This document shows, one piece after another, positions 12,515 to 21,393 of a stretch of DNA of 64,000 bases; position 1 is the stretch's first letter; the number at the start of each line of letters is the position of its first letter. The stretch comes from Patescibacteria group bacterium (GTDB lineage Bacteria > Patescibacteriota > Patescibacteriia > SG8-24 > DYFX01). A program made the translations under genes and the position numbers. The stretch spans positions 181,453-245,452 of the forward strand of contig CP129476.1 of assembly GCA_030583805.1 (NCBI GenBank), read 5' to 3'. The notes beneath the pieces are model-generated. The model was not told the origin of the DNA. It made no database searches and saw nothing but the letters and a program-made list of their open reading frames with translations.

Positions 12515-13378
12515 TTAGGAAGCGCTTGCCGGCTGCGGCTTGAGGCCGTGCGCCTCGCCGAGCTCGTCTTCGTGATGCTCTTCCTCATGACCGTGCGGCT
12601 TTTCGGAAAGGATCGTCAGGTAGACGAGCGTCAGCATCGAGAAGACGGAAGCCTGCACGACGCCGACGATGAGTTCGAGCAGCATGAACGGCAGCGGCAC
12701 GACGTAGGAGACGAGCGAGTACATCACCGTGATCAGCACTTCGCCGGCAAAAATATTGCCGAAAAGACGCAGCGAGAGCGAGACGACCTTGGCGACTTCC
12801 GAGACGAGCTCGATCGCGCCGACCGCCGCTTCGACGATTGCGACCAGGATGTTGATGCCGCCCTTCCTGAACCCTTTGAAGATGGTGCCGAGGGCGATGA
12901 ATTTGTTCCAATGCGCGAAAAAGCCGACCGTGATCATGCCGACGAAATGCGAAACGATGACGGTCAGGAGCGCCATCGCGAGCGTCAGGTTCAAGTCGGC
13001 GTTGGCCGGGCGGAAAATGGGGGCGTTCTCGATGTGGCCGTGGAGATCGATCGTGCGCCAAACGGAACCCACGCCCGGAATCAGGCCCATCCAGTTTGAA
13101 ACCAAAATAAAGAGGAAGAGCGAAGCGACGAGCGGCAGGAATTTTTTGGACTTGGCGCGATCGCCCGTGACGCCATCGACGTACCCGAGCAGGAATTCAA
13201 GCAAACCCTCGACGGCGGACTGAAAACGGTTCGGCGTGCCGCTTGTCAGCTTGGCGCGCACGAACGCGGCGAACAGCACGAACAGCCCGACGGCAATCCA
13301 GGCGTTGATCAGCGAGTTGGTGATCGGAAACGATCCCAGGTGGAAAATCGGTTCAGCGGCGATCGGCGGGATGGTCAT
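12515..13378 (-). CDS. atpB: F0F1 ATP synthase subunit A
   Basis: a-subunit TM pattern with the conserved Arg-containing helix (LSLRLFGNIFAGEV). Confidence 0.9.
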   Translation of the reverse strand: MTIPPIAAEPIFHLGSFPITNSLINAWIAVGLFVLFAAFVRAKLTSGTPNRFQSAVEGLLEFLLGYVDGVTGDRAKSKKFLPLVASLFLFILVSNWMGLIPGVGSVWRTIDLHGHIENAPIFRPANADLNLTLAMALLTVIVSHFVGMITVGFFAHWNKFIALGTIFKGFRKGGINILVAIVEAAVGAIELVSEVAKVVSLSLRLFGNIFAGEVLITVMYSLVSYVVPLPFMLLELIVGVVQASVFSMLTLVYLTILSEKPHGHEEEHHEDELGEAHGLKPQPASAS

Positions 13379-13625
13379 AGCGGTTCACGAGGTTCTGGTA
13401 TTCGGTGCCGTAGGCGATGGCTTTTTTCCTGATGACGAACGCGGAGAGGCCGAAGGCGAGCGCGAGGCAGGCGAAGAGCGCATACGGCTTGGTGCCCCAA
13501 GACGCGTCGATCTTCGTGCCGAACCATGCGGCAAACACGGCGGGAACGGCCAGCGTCGCGCCGAAGTCCCCGATAATGCGGAGTCCGAACAAATAATAGG
13601 CGCGCGTACCGTCGTTTTTCTCCAT
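13353..13625 (-). CDS. AtpZ/AtpI-like small membrane protein preceding atpB
   Basis: Start taken at the ATG at 13623-13625 (MEKNDGTRAYYLFGLRIIGDFG...). Two TM helices. Operon position matches ATP synthase protein I/AtpZ. 26-nt overlap with atpB. Confidence 0.5.
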   Translation of the reverse strand: MEKNDGTRAYYLFGLRIIGDFGATLAVPAVFAAWFGTKIDASWGTKPYALFACLALAFGLSAFVIRKKAIAYGTEYQNLVNRYDHPADRR

Positions 13626-13642
13626 AGTTACAAGACGACGCC

Positions 13643-13671
13643 AGACTACAGGAGCGCTCAAGCAACGTCAA
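13643..13671 (-). promoter_or_regulatory. candidate promoter for the atp operon (-35 TTGACG, 17-nt spacer, -10 TAGTCT on the minus strand)
   Basis: Read on the minus strand in the AT-rich 154-nt gap between tatD and atpZ. The -10 is weak. The sequence gives about an 11-nt leader without an obvious SD. Confidence 0.25.
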
Positions 13672-13779
13672 CGGTGGGCAACTTTATTTTGCTAATATTA
13701 GCCATTTAAATTAAAAAAGGCTACGAAAGGCTCCTGGCCGTGCTCGTGTCGGACCTCTCAAAAATCAAAGTTCGCGGGC

Positions 13780-14658
13780 CTAACGAACGTGCTCCGTGTT
13801 CATTTTTCGGAAAAGCTTGCGGGCGTTGGCCGTGGTGGCGGACGCGGTTTCTTCAAGAGAGATGTCTCTCAGCTCGGCGATTTTTTGCGCGACGAATTTC
13901 ACGTTGAGCGGCGTGTTGCGTTCGCCACGATGCGGCACGGGCGTGAGATACGGCGCGTCTGTTTCGACGACGATGCGGTCGAGCGGCGCCCATTTCACGA
14001 CGTCGGTCAAAAGCTCCTTGCCCGCAGCGACGTCCGATTTGCGCGGCGGGTACGTGATCGTGCCGCCGAACGCCAACATGAAGCCGAGCGCAACGTAGCG
14101 TTCCGCATCGCGTTTCGTGCCGGTGAAGCAATGGATGACGCCGCGGATCGACTCGCCTTCTTTGTATGCCCCCCAAATCTTTTCGATCAGCGCGATCTGG
14201 TCTTCGTGGGCGTCGCGGCAATGGATGACGACGGGCAAATCGTTCGCGATCGCCAAGCGAGCGCCGGCTTCGAAGGCTGACGCTTCCTTCGCCTTCATTT
14301 CTTCAAGCGAAACGCCTTCGTACGCATAATGGTAATCAAGGCCCATCTCCCCCACCGCCACGACTTTTGGATGCTTCAAAAGGTTTCCGTAGTATTCCGG
14401 ATCGAACGTTTCGTTGCGGGGCTTGAATTGCACTTCGCCTTCGTCGTGATAGCCCGCGAAAATGTGGGAAGGATGCAGGCCGACGGTCGCCCAGACGCCG
14501 TCGTATTTTTCCGAGAGGGCGATGCCGTTCGCGCTGGTGTCTTTTTGCGTGCCGATCGTGACCATCTGCACGCCCTCGGAAAGGCAAGAACGGACGACAT
14601 CGTCCATGTCGTCCTTATAGGCGTTGAAGTGCACGTGGCAGTGGGTGTCGATCAGCAT
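13780..14658 (-). CDS. tatD: TatD-family metal-dependent DNase/hydrolase
   Basis: MLIDTHCHV N-terminus, plus the conserved His/Glu/Asp metal-ligand pattern of TatD (GEMGLDYHY, VIHCRDA, HCFTG, VETDAPY). The upstream GTG at 14679 is a possible alternative start. Confidence 0.85.
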   Translation of the reverse strand: MLIDTHCHVHFNAYKDDMDDVVRSCLSEGVQMVTIGTQKDTSANGIALSEKYDGVWATVGLHPSHIFAGYHDEGEVQFKPRNETFDPEYYGNLLKHPKVVAVGEMGLDYHYAYEGVSLEEMKAKEASAFEAGARLAIANDLPVVIHCRDAHEDQIALIEKIWGAYKEGESIRGVIHCFTGTKRDAERYVALGFMLAFGGTITYPPRKSDVAAGKELLTDVVKWAPLDRIVVETDAPYLTPVPHRGERNTPLNVKFVAQKIAELRDISLEETASATTANARKLFRKMNTEHVR

Positions 14659-14659
14659 G

Positions 14660-15226
14660 TTACGGTTTGTAATCGGCACGGTAATCGATATCGCCCCTCG
14701 ACTTCAAGCCCGTCAGCATGTTTCCGAGAATATGCTTGTTCGTGCCCTCGGGAAGCGCCTCGTGTGCAGCCTCCAATCCAACCGCGTCCTTTTGAAAATA
14801 CGCCAAGGTCGCGCGCGCATAGGCGATCCAGTCCGCATCCCCAGTACGCTCAGCCGCGGCCAAGCTTTTCTCGAAGGCCTGGGTAGGGTCGTCGGCGTTC
14901 ATTGCCTCGATCTGACCTTCATGGAAGGCCGAGAGCGACAGGAGATTGTCGTACCCGAACGGAAGCTTCTTTTCCACAAGAAGATCCTTTACGCGCTCAT
15001 CCTCCAGGACACGCGTGTTTTCAGCCGCCGCTTCGTGCGTGGGCACTGATTGATCAATATCCAAGAGCTGATCGAGGAAATCTTCCGGCTCCAGTTCGCC
15101 CCGCAAAAGGCGGTCGCGCAATTCATGCGCGGACGAGCAATGCTGTTCCTGCATTTTTTCGAATTCCATATTTCGTTCCCAAAGATGACGTGCTACACGG
15201 TTGGCTTTTGTTTGCTCGCCCGCCAT
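14660..15226 (-). CDS. hypothetical protein (188 aa, acidic)
   Basis: ORF with a 2-nt gap to the tatD start. No recognisable motifs. Alternative start at the ATG at 15169. Confidence 0.45.
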   Translation of the reverse strand: MAGEQTKANRVARHLWERNMEFEKMQEQHCSSAHELRDRLLRGELEPEDFLDQLLDIDQSVPTHEAAAENTRVLEDERVKDLLVEKKLPFGYDNLLSLSAFHEGQIEAMNADDPTQAFEKSLAAAERTGDADWIAYARATLAYFQKDAVGLEAAHEALPEGTNKHILGNMLTGLKSRGDIDYRADYKP

Positions 15227-15549
15227 TTCTTCAACCGCCGCTCCAGCGCATCAAGTCCAAGCGACGCAAGGTATCCATAGAACGCAGCAACGCATACAAG
15301 CAGAAGTTCGAGCCGGTTTCCGAAAAAGCGCGACGAAGATCCAAAGACGCCTGGAGCGAGTTTTGCTAGCCAAGAAAGGACGAAGTCAAACGGGAATGCG
15401 AGCACATATCCGATCATGTGCGACGTATGGAGCGGCAGGCCGACTGATCTTCTTATAAACCATGAAAAAACGAAAAGATCGGCCATTCCGCCGATAAGGA
15501 GGAGTTCAACATAGAGCCTCCATTTCTTTTTTGGAGCCAATTTGATCAT
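15193..15549 (-). CDS. hypothetical small membrane protein
   Basis: Hydrophobic helices (LYVELLLIGGMADLFVFSWFI, LLLVCVAAFYGYLASLGL). Overlaps the downstream ORF by 34 nt. Confidence 0.4.
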   Translation of the reverse strand: MIKLAPKKKWRLYVELLLIGGMADLFVFSWFIRRSVGLPLHTSHMIGYVLAFPFDFVLSWLAKLAPGVFGSSSRFFGNRLELLLVCVAAFYGYLASLGLDALERRLKKWRASKQKPTV

Positions 15550-15553
15550 CTGC

Positions 15554-16066
15554 TCAAATTACCGATTTCAACTGCCGAACGGCTTCCGGCAAAAGCGGTG
15601 CCAGGAGGCCGAAGGCTTGGAGGAGCCAGATGCCGACGTTCGAGGCGGAAAGCGCTTCGGCAAAATGCGTGGAGATGGGATAGCGGGCGGCAATATAGAG
15701 CGCGCCGCCGACCACCAGGACGCCTTCGACGAAACCGAGCAGGCCGCCAAGGATCGCATTAAACGTTTTTACGAACGGCACGATCGAGACGAGCTTGAAG
15801 ATCTTTCCGATCAGCCAAAAGACGGCGCCAATCAGGCGGTTCACCAGGATCATGAGCACGAGGAACATGACCATGCGCGCCAGGTTCTCGTTGCCGAAAA
15901 AGATTCCGGCGGCGGCTTCGCCCCAGGCGTCGTAGTAACGGCCGGCGACGAGCACTGAGAGTACCATGCCGATCACGGCGCCGAGCGCGTGCACGAACCC
16001 GAACCACAACCCCGTCAGCACGAAGGCGAAAACGGAAAGGATGAGGATCAGGTCGAGGATGGTCAT
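15554..16066 (-). CDS. cvpA: CvpA-family (colicin V production) membrane protein
   Basis: Four-TM small protein with a CvpA-like N-terminus (MTILDLILILSVFAFVLTGLWFGFVHALG). Confidence 0.7.
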   Translation of the reverse strand: MTILDLILILSVFAFVLTGLWFGFVHALGAVIGMVLSVLVAGRYYDAWGEAAAGIFFGNENLARMVMFLVLMILVNRLIGAVFWLIGKIFKLVSIVPFVKTFNAILGGLLGFVEGVLVVGGALYIAARYPISTHFAEALSASNVGIWLLQAFGLLAPLLPEAVRQLKSVI

Positions 16067-17940
16067 GGCTTCTTCTTGCCGTGCGCCGCTTTCTTGTAAG
16101 CGTCGTGGAGCGTTTTTATGTCCTCGGGCATCATGTCAGCCGGCAGCTTGAAGCCGACTTCAAGCAACGCGTCGCGGAATCCTCCGGGCGTGCCGAACTT
16201 GCCATCCTTCTTCTTTCCGGAAGTTTTCAGGGCTTCGACGATTGCGGGCATCGCCGCGGGTTGCAACGGATTTTCTTTCGCGTCCGCTGCTTGCATTTTC
16301 GCTGTTTCAACTTTCGCCTGCGGCGCGATGTTTTCCGCCTTGGCCGGCGCGGCTTCGAGCGCCTGCTTGAGAAGCGCGGCGCGCGCGGCTTCATCGACGA
16401 CGACTTTCGCCGTTTCCGCCTTGGCGGCCTGCATGTTCGCTTCCTGCAGCTTGTTCGCCAAGATTGGAATCTGCCGCGTTGGCGCTTTTGCGGGCGGCAC
16501 CGGGCGCGTGCGCTCGATCAGCAGAGGCAGGATGGGAGATTCGCGGTCGACGACAATGCCGCCGCGCGCCGCGATTTCATCCCAAGCCTTCGCGCGCTCC
16601 CGCTCCAGCTCTTCCGTCGACATGTTGGCGAGCGACTCTTTCGTTGCAAAACCGTTTTCTTCAAGCAGCTGCCGTACGGTTTCCGTATCGCCGGCCTCGC
16701 TCAACGTCTTGAGAAGCGCTTCCGCGTCTTTCGTGATCTTTTCCCAATTGGGCTCGGCGGAAACGACCTGGGCCTCGGTGACGCTCGGCGGTTTCAGCTT
16801 TTCGGCATCCGCGTTCAATTGCGCGCGTTCTTCCGGAGTGAAGACCTGCTCCTCCTTCTTTTTGAACCCGACATCCTTGGCCGCCGCGTCCATCAAGCGG
16901 TCTCGGCGCTTTGCTTGCTCGGCTTTTTCAGCCGCTTTCTCAGCCTCCGCTTCGGCGACGCCAAGATCGATCGCTTCTTGCAAGTTGCTTTCACCGGTCA
17001 TCTCGGCCGCGAGCGCCGCTTCCCAGGCGCGAATGCCTCCGTCGATTTCGTCCTTCAAAAGCAAACGCGTCTTTTCGAGATCAGTGTCCGAGCTGTGCGC
17101 CAGATCGTCCGGAGTTTGCTTAAGGCGCTGCAGGAGATGCTTGTTCGCCATGAGGTAGGCGCGGAACTGCGTCGAGGACTTGGCTGCGTCGATGGCTTCT
17201 ATGATTGCCTTCCGGTCCTCTTCGGTGACCAGAAACGGCACGTCCGGCGTCGGCGCTTTTTCTGGCTTGGCGCTTTCGGGAACAACTTTCAAATCCGGCG
17301 CCGCTTTCGGTTTCTTGGGCATGTAAGGGCTCTCGATCGTTTCGAGTTCTCCACCCTCGTGAACGCGCATGACGCGGCCGCTCGGAAATTTGCGGAGCGA
17401 GCTGCCGTCGGCGTAGTTGATGCGGAGCTGGCCGATGCGTTCGTCGAACTGCACGTCGCCGATCTGGCCGTATTCGTCGGAATCGCCGATCTTTTCCTTG
17501 TACGCGTACAGCTCCTTCACCATTTTCTGTGCGGAAGTGCCTTTAAGGCGCTCAAACAGCACGTCGGCTTCGTTCTGAAGCTCGAGCTTCTTTTCGGTGC
17601 TTGCGCCTCCCCGCGGGGCCTTTTCCGGGGCACCCGCCGATCCTGCGTTCTCTTGGTACGCTTTTTTGATCGCTTCAAGCTGCGCATCAAGCTTGCTGAT
17701 CTCTTTTTCATTTTGAACAATATTGGCCGCGCGCGAAAAAAAATCTTTCGTCCTGCTCCACCAGGAGGCCGTCGACTGCGAAAAATCGGCAGCCGCCTCT
17801 TCGACTTTGGCGTCCGTCGCTTCTTTGATCGGATTCAGCGCCTCCGGCTTGGAGCTGAGCTTTTCGCGACCTTTCGCGAACTGTTCGGCATCGGCTTCCG
17901 TCAACGACATCTTGTCCGATTTTTCGGCGGGATTGGCCAT
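16063..17940 (-). CDS. large highly charged, low-complexity/coiled-coil protein (625 aa), unknown function
   Basis: K/E/A-rich with long predicted helices. No enzymatic motifs. 4-nt overlap with cvpA. Translationally coupled to the upstream 58-aa ORF. Confidence 0.6.
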   Translation of the reverse strand: MANPAEKSDKMSLTEADAEQFAKGREKLSSKPEALNPIKEATDAKVEEAAADFSQSTASWWSRTKDFFSRAANIVQNEKEISKLDAQLEAIKKAYQENAGSAGAPEKAPRGGASTEKKLELQNEADVLFERLKGTSAQKMVKELYAYKEKIGDSDEYGQIGDVQFDERIGQLRINYADGSSLRKFPSGRVMRVHEGGELETIESPYMPKKPKAAPDLKVVPESAKPEKAPTPDVPFLVTEEDRKAIIEAIDAAKSSTQFRAYLMANKHLLQRLKQTPDDLAHSSDTDLEKTRLLLKDEIDGGIRAWEAALAAEMTGESNLQEAIDLGVAEAEAEKAAEKAEQAKRRDRLMDAAAKDVGFKKKEEQVFTPEERAQLNADAEKLKPPSVTEAQVVSAEPNWEKITKDAEALLKTLSEAGDTETVRQLLEENGFATKESLANMSTEELERERAKAWDEIAARGGIVVDRESPILPLLIERTRPVPPAKAPTRQIPILANKLQEANMQAAKAETAKVVVDEAARAALLKQALEAAPAKAENIAPQAKVETAKMQAADAKENPLQPAAMPAIVEALKTSGKKKDGKFGTPGGFRDALLEVGFKLPADMMPEDIKTLHDAYKKAAHGKKKP

Positions 17941-17942
17941 AG

Positions 17943-18120
17943 TCTATCCTTGAAGTTCTTTGAGCAGCCGCTCGATTTCTTCGCGTTCCAAGTCTCCGAT
18001 CACGCGCTTCATGATGTTGAGCCTGTCGGTTTCGAGGCCGCGCAGCTGCGTCATGAACGCCTCGTAGGCTTCTTGCAGCTTCTTTTCCTGTTCTTCGGAA
18101 GTGTGTTGCTGGTCCGTCAT
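17943..18120 (-). CDS. small protein (58 aa), translationally coupled to the 625-aa protein
   Basis: Hand-translated: MTDQQHTSEEQEKKLQEAYEAFMTQLRGLETDRLNIMKRVIGDLEREEIERLLKELQG. The TAG stop lies 2 nt before the ATG of the next gene. Not in the supplied ORF track (below its length cut-off). Confidence 0.35.
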
Positions 18121-18150
18121 ATAGGCACAGTATACAACAAACTGGCCCTT

Positions 18151-19650
18151 TTACGGGGCCAGTCTGGGGAAAAGAATATCGCCTTTTTTGACGCTCGTGC
18201 CTGGTTCGAGCCCGCCCCAGGCCTGCGCGGCCGGCAGCGTGACGGAAGCCGGGTCGATCGAGAGCTGTGACAGGACCTTTTCAGCGCCTGCCGGAATGAC
18301 CGGCAAAAGGGCCGTGGCGATGTGCCTGAGCGCTTCGGCAATCTGGTACATGAACGGCGAGACATCCTCGCCAAGCTTGGCCTTCTTGAAGGGCGCTTCG
18401 ACGTCGATCGCCTGGTTGACCGCGGTGACGTAGTGCTCGAGGACGCGCATCGCCTCGTCGAAGCGGTAGGCATCGAGGGCGGCTTCGTAGGCTTTCCAGA
18501 AGGCCGGGGTTTCGAAGCGGTCTTCGGTCACGGCGGGCGCTTTACCTTCGCAATACTTCTCGACCATCGTGGCAGTACGGGCGGCCAGGTTGCCGATGCC
18601 GTTTACGAGCTTGGCCGTGTACGTTTCTTCGAAGTGTTTTTTCGAGTAGTCGCCGTCTTCATAGGAAGGCAGGGCGCCGAGCAGGAAGTAGCGGAGCGGA
18701 TCGGTGCCGTATTGCGACACGAGATCGTACGGGTTTACGACGTTGCCGAGCGACTTCGACATCTTCTGGCCGTCGGCGGTGATGAAACCGTGGATGAAGA
18801 TCTGCTTCGAGAGCGGCACGCCGGCAGAAAGCAGCATGCCCTGCCACATGGCGGACTGCTGGCGGAGGTTGTCCTTGCCGGCCACCTGCACGTTCGGCCA
18901 GAACTCGGCGTATTTTTCGTCGGGCCAGCCGAGCGTTGAAATATAGTTCACGAGCGCGTCGAACCAGACGTACATGACGTGCGCTTCGTCGCCCGGCACG
19001 GCGATGCCCCATGGCATTTTTTCCTTGAGGCGCGAGATGCTGAAATCCTGCAGCCCGCCCTCGACGAACTTCGAAATTTCGTGAAGACGGCTCTCCGGCA
19101 TCACGAACTGCGGGTTCTCCTTATAGTGCTTGAGAAGCGCGTCCTGGTATTTCGACCAGCGGAAGAAATAGTTTTCCTCGTCGCGGTTCTCGATTTCCAG
19201 TTTCGGATGGATCGGGCATTTGCCGTCGACCAGCTCGGAATCGGTTTTTTCCAATTCGCAGCCGACGCAGTACTTCACTTGGTACTGCTTCTTGTAGATG
19301 TCGCCCGCGGCGTCGCAGCGCTTCCAAAATTCCTGCGCGGCCTTGATGTGGTGCTCGTCGGTCGTGCGGATGAAGTGCGTGTACGTCAGGTTGAGCGCCT
19401 CTTTGAGGCCGTGGAACTTCGCCGCGTACTGGTCGCAGTAGGCCTTCGGATCCATGCCTGCTTCCTGCGCGTTCTTCCAAATCTTCTGGCCGTGCTCGTC
19501 GGTGCCGGTGTTGAAGACGACCGACTTCCCCTTCAAGCGGTGCCAGCGCGCCAGCACGTCGGCTTGGATGATTTCCAAGGCGAAGCCGATGTGCGGATCG
19601 GCGTTAACATACGGAAGCGTGGTCGTGATGGAGTAGGTGGTTTTCGACAT
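18151..19650 (-). CDS. metG: methionyl-tRNA synthetase (short form)
   Basis: Class I aaRS with a HIGH-type motif (PYVNADPHIGFA), KMSKS, and zinc-knuckle cysteines (CVGC ... CPIH). Start at 19650 (MSKTTYSIT), preceded by AAGGAA. Confidence 0.9.
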   Translation of the reverse strand: MSKTTYSITTTLPYVNADPHIGFALEIIQADVLARWHRLKGKSVVFNTGTDEHGQKIWKNAQEAGMDPKAYCDQYAAKFHGLKEALNLTYTHFIRTTDEHHIKAAQEFWKRCDAAGDIYKKQYQVKYCVGCELEKTDSELVDGKCPIHPKLEIENRDEENYFFRWSKYQDALLKHYKENPQFVMPESRLHEISKFVEGGLQDFSISRLKEKMPWGIAVPGDEAHVMYVWFDALVNYISTLGWPDEKYAEFWPNVQVAGKDNLRQQSAMWQGMLLSAGVPLSKQIFIHGFITADGQKMSKSLGNVVNPYDLVSQYGTDPLRYFLLGALPSYEDGDYSKKHFEETYTAKLVNGIGNLAARTATMVEKYCEGKAPAVTEDRFETPAFWKAYEAALDAYRFDEAMRVLEHYVTAVNQAIDVEAPFKKAKLGEDVSPFMYQIAEALRHIATALLPVIPAGAEKVLSQLSIDPASVTLPAAQAWGGLEPGTSVKKGDILFPRLAP

Positions 19651-19651
19651 A

Positions 19652-20323
19652 TTATTTTCCTTCAACGGCGATAACGTACTCGCCTTTGATCGGTTCTGAT
19701 TTCAGGAGGGCGGAGGCGTCTTTCATCTTTCCGTAGCGGATGGATTCGAACATTTTGGTGAGTTCGCGGCCGATGACGATTTTGCGGTCGCCGTCCACGA
19801 GCGCGGAGAGTTCCGCCATCGCTTTTTCGACGCGGTGCGGGCTTTCATAGAAGACAGAGGTGCGTTCCTCTTCCGCAATTTGTTTCCAAAACGCCGTGCG
19901 GCCTTTTTTGTGCGGCGGGAAGCCTTGGAAGACGAAGCTGCCGGCCGCGAGCCCGGACACCGAGAGGAGCGTCGTGATGGCCGAGGGGCCAGGGATCGGA
20001 ACGATCTTCACCGCGCCGCCGGCTTCGCGCACGAGTTCGGTTACGAAATGTGCGCCGGGATCGGACACGCCGGGGGTGCCGGCGTCCGAAACGAGCGCCA
20101 TTGTCTCCCCCGCCGTGATGCGCGCCACGAGCGCGCGGAGCTTCGTCGGTCCGGTGTATTCGTGATAGCTGGTTGTCGGCGATTTGATTTCGAAATGCGT
20201 CAAAAGCTTCCGCGTGACGCGGGTGTCCTCGCAGAGCACGAGCTGTGCCTCGCTCAGCGCCGCGATGGCGCGGGGCGAGAGGTCGCTCAAATTTCCGATC
20301 GGCGTCGCGACGACGTAGAGCAT
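19652..20323 (-). CDS. rsmI: 16S rRNA (cytidine1402-2'-O)-methyltransferase
   Basis: MLYVVATPIGNLSDLSPRA...LCEDTR tetrapyrrole-methylase-fold signature of RsmI. Confidence 0.9.
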   Translation of the reverse strand: MLYVVATPIGNLSDLSPRAIAALSEAQLVLCEDTRVTRKLLTHFEIKSPTTSYHEYTGPTKLRALVARITAGETMALVSDAGTPGVSDPGAHFVTELVREAGGAVKIVPIPGPSAITTLLSVSGLAAGSFVFQGFPPHKKGRTAFWKQIAEEERTSVFYESPHRVEKAMAELSALVDGDRKIVIGRELTKMFESIRYGKMKDASALLKSEPIKGEYVIAVEGK

Positions 20324-20335
20324 ATGTGCCCAGCC

Positions 20336-20366
20336 TAAAGAAAAAACCCTCTTATGTCGAGGGTCT
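20336..20366 (-). terminator. Rho-independent terminator after add (minus strand)
   Basis: Minus strand reads GACCCTCGACATAAGAGGGT followed by TTTTTTCTTT. The stem overlaps the add stop codon. Confidence 0.5.
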
Positions 20367-21351
20367 ACGCAACCAATGCGTTGTAGAGCTCCGTCTTCAC
20401 GTCCGGTGGCGCGAATGAGGTGTGGATCGCGTTCCAGAGCAGCTGGCGCTCATCCTCTTCAACGAGGCACCAACGCTCTCTTACGATCTCAAACTCGCGC
20501 TGCATCGTGGTTCCGGCCAGCATCCGGTTGTCGGTGTTGAGTGACACGAGGACGCCTTCGCAGAGATACCGGAGCGCCGGATGCGATTCGTAGGACGCCG
20601 CGGTTCTCATCTGGATGTTCGAGGTCAGGCAGGCCTCGATGCCGATCGCGTGTCTCTTCACGAAATCCATGACACGCGGGTCGCGGATGGCTTTGACGCC
20701 ATGCCCGATCCGTTCCGCGCCGAAGCGTTCGACCGCCTCCATGACGCGTTCGGGCGGACCTTCCTCGGCCGCATGCATCGTGACGTGCAGGCCGTTCTCC
20801 CTGGCGCGCAGGAAGTGCGGAGCGTGTTCGAACGCGGGGAGATTGTCGTCGCCGGCCAAGTCGACCGCGACCACGCCGCAGCTCTTGTAGCGGATGGCGA
20901 GATCGATCATGCGGCGCGTCACCTCCGGATCGACGTGGCGCATGCTGCAGACGATGAGTCCCCAGCGGACGCCGTAGCGCCGGCCGCCTTCGCCGAGCCC
21001 GTCGAGCACGGCGCCCATCACGAAGTCTTCCGAGATGCCGCGCGCGGTGTGGAGCGACGGCATGAAACGCACTTCGGCATACTTCACGCCGTCGGCGGCG
21101 AGATCTTCCATCAGCTCCATCGCGATCCGCTTGAGGGCGGGCTGCGACTGCATGACGGCGGTCGTGTGCGCGAAGTGCTCCAGGTACTGGGGCAAGCTGT
21201 CGCGTACCTGGCCGCAGCGGAGCGCGTGATACAGGCCGCTCTTGTGCATCGCGGGGAGCGCGACCCCTTCCGCACGGGCGATGTCGAGCATCGTATCGAG
21301 GCGAAGCGAGCCGTCGAGATGCAGGTGAAGTTCGAACAACGGTTTCAACAA
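20365..21351 (-). CDS. add: adenosine deaminase
   Basis: HLHLDGS and SLNTDN metal-ligand motifs of the adenosine/AMP deaminase family. Confidence 0.85.
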   Translation of the reverse strand: MLKPLFELHLHLDGSLRLDTMLDIARAEGVALPAMHKSGLYHALRCGQVRDSLPQYLEHFAHTTAVMQSQPALKRIAMELMEDLAADGVKYAEVRFMPSLHTARGISEDFVMGAVLDGLGEGGRRYGVRWGLIVCSMRHVDPEVTRRMIDLAIRYKSCGVVAVDLAGDDNLPAFEHAPHFLRARENGLHVTMHAAEEGPPERVMEAVERFGAERIGHGVKAIRDPRVMDFVKRHAIGIEACLTSNIQMRTAASYESHPALRYLCEGVLVSLNTDNRMLAGTTMQREFEIVRERWCLVEEDERQLLWNAIHTSFAPPDVKTELYNALVA

Positions 21352-21354
21352 AAG

Positions 21355-21393
21355 AGCCTCCTTCGCATAACGCGATGCGAGGAGGCTACCAGG
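21355..21393 (-). terminator. long imperfect hairpin between thiI and add (possible intergenic terminator or attenuator)
   Basis: GCCTCCTTCGCAT-AACGCG-ATGCGAGGAGGC inverted repeat. On the minus strand it is followed by TCTTTTGTTG. The stem overlaps the thiI stop codon. Confidence 0.35.
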
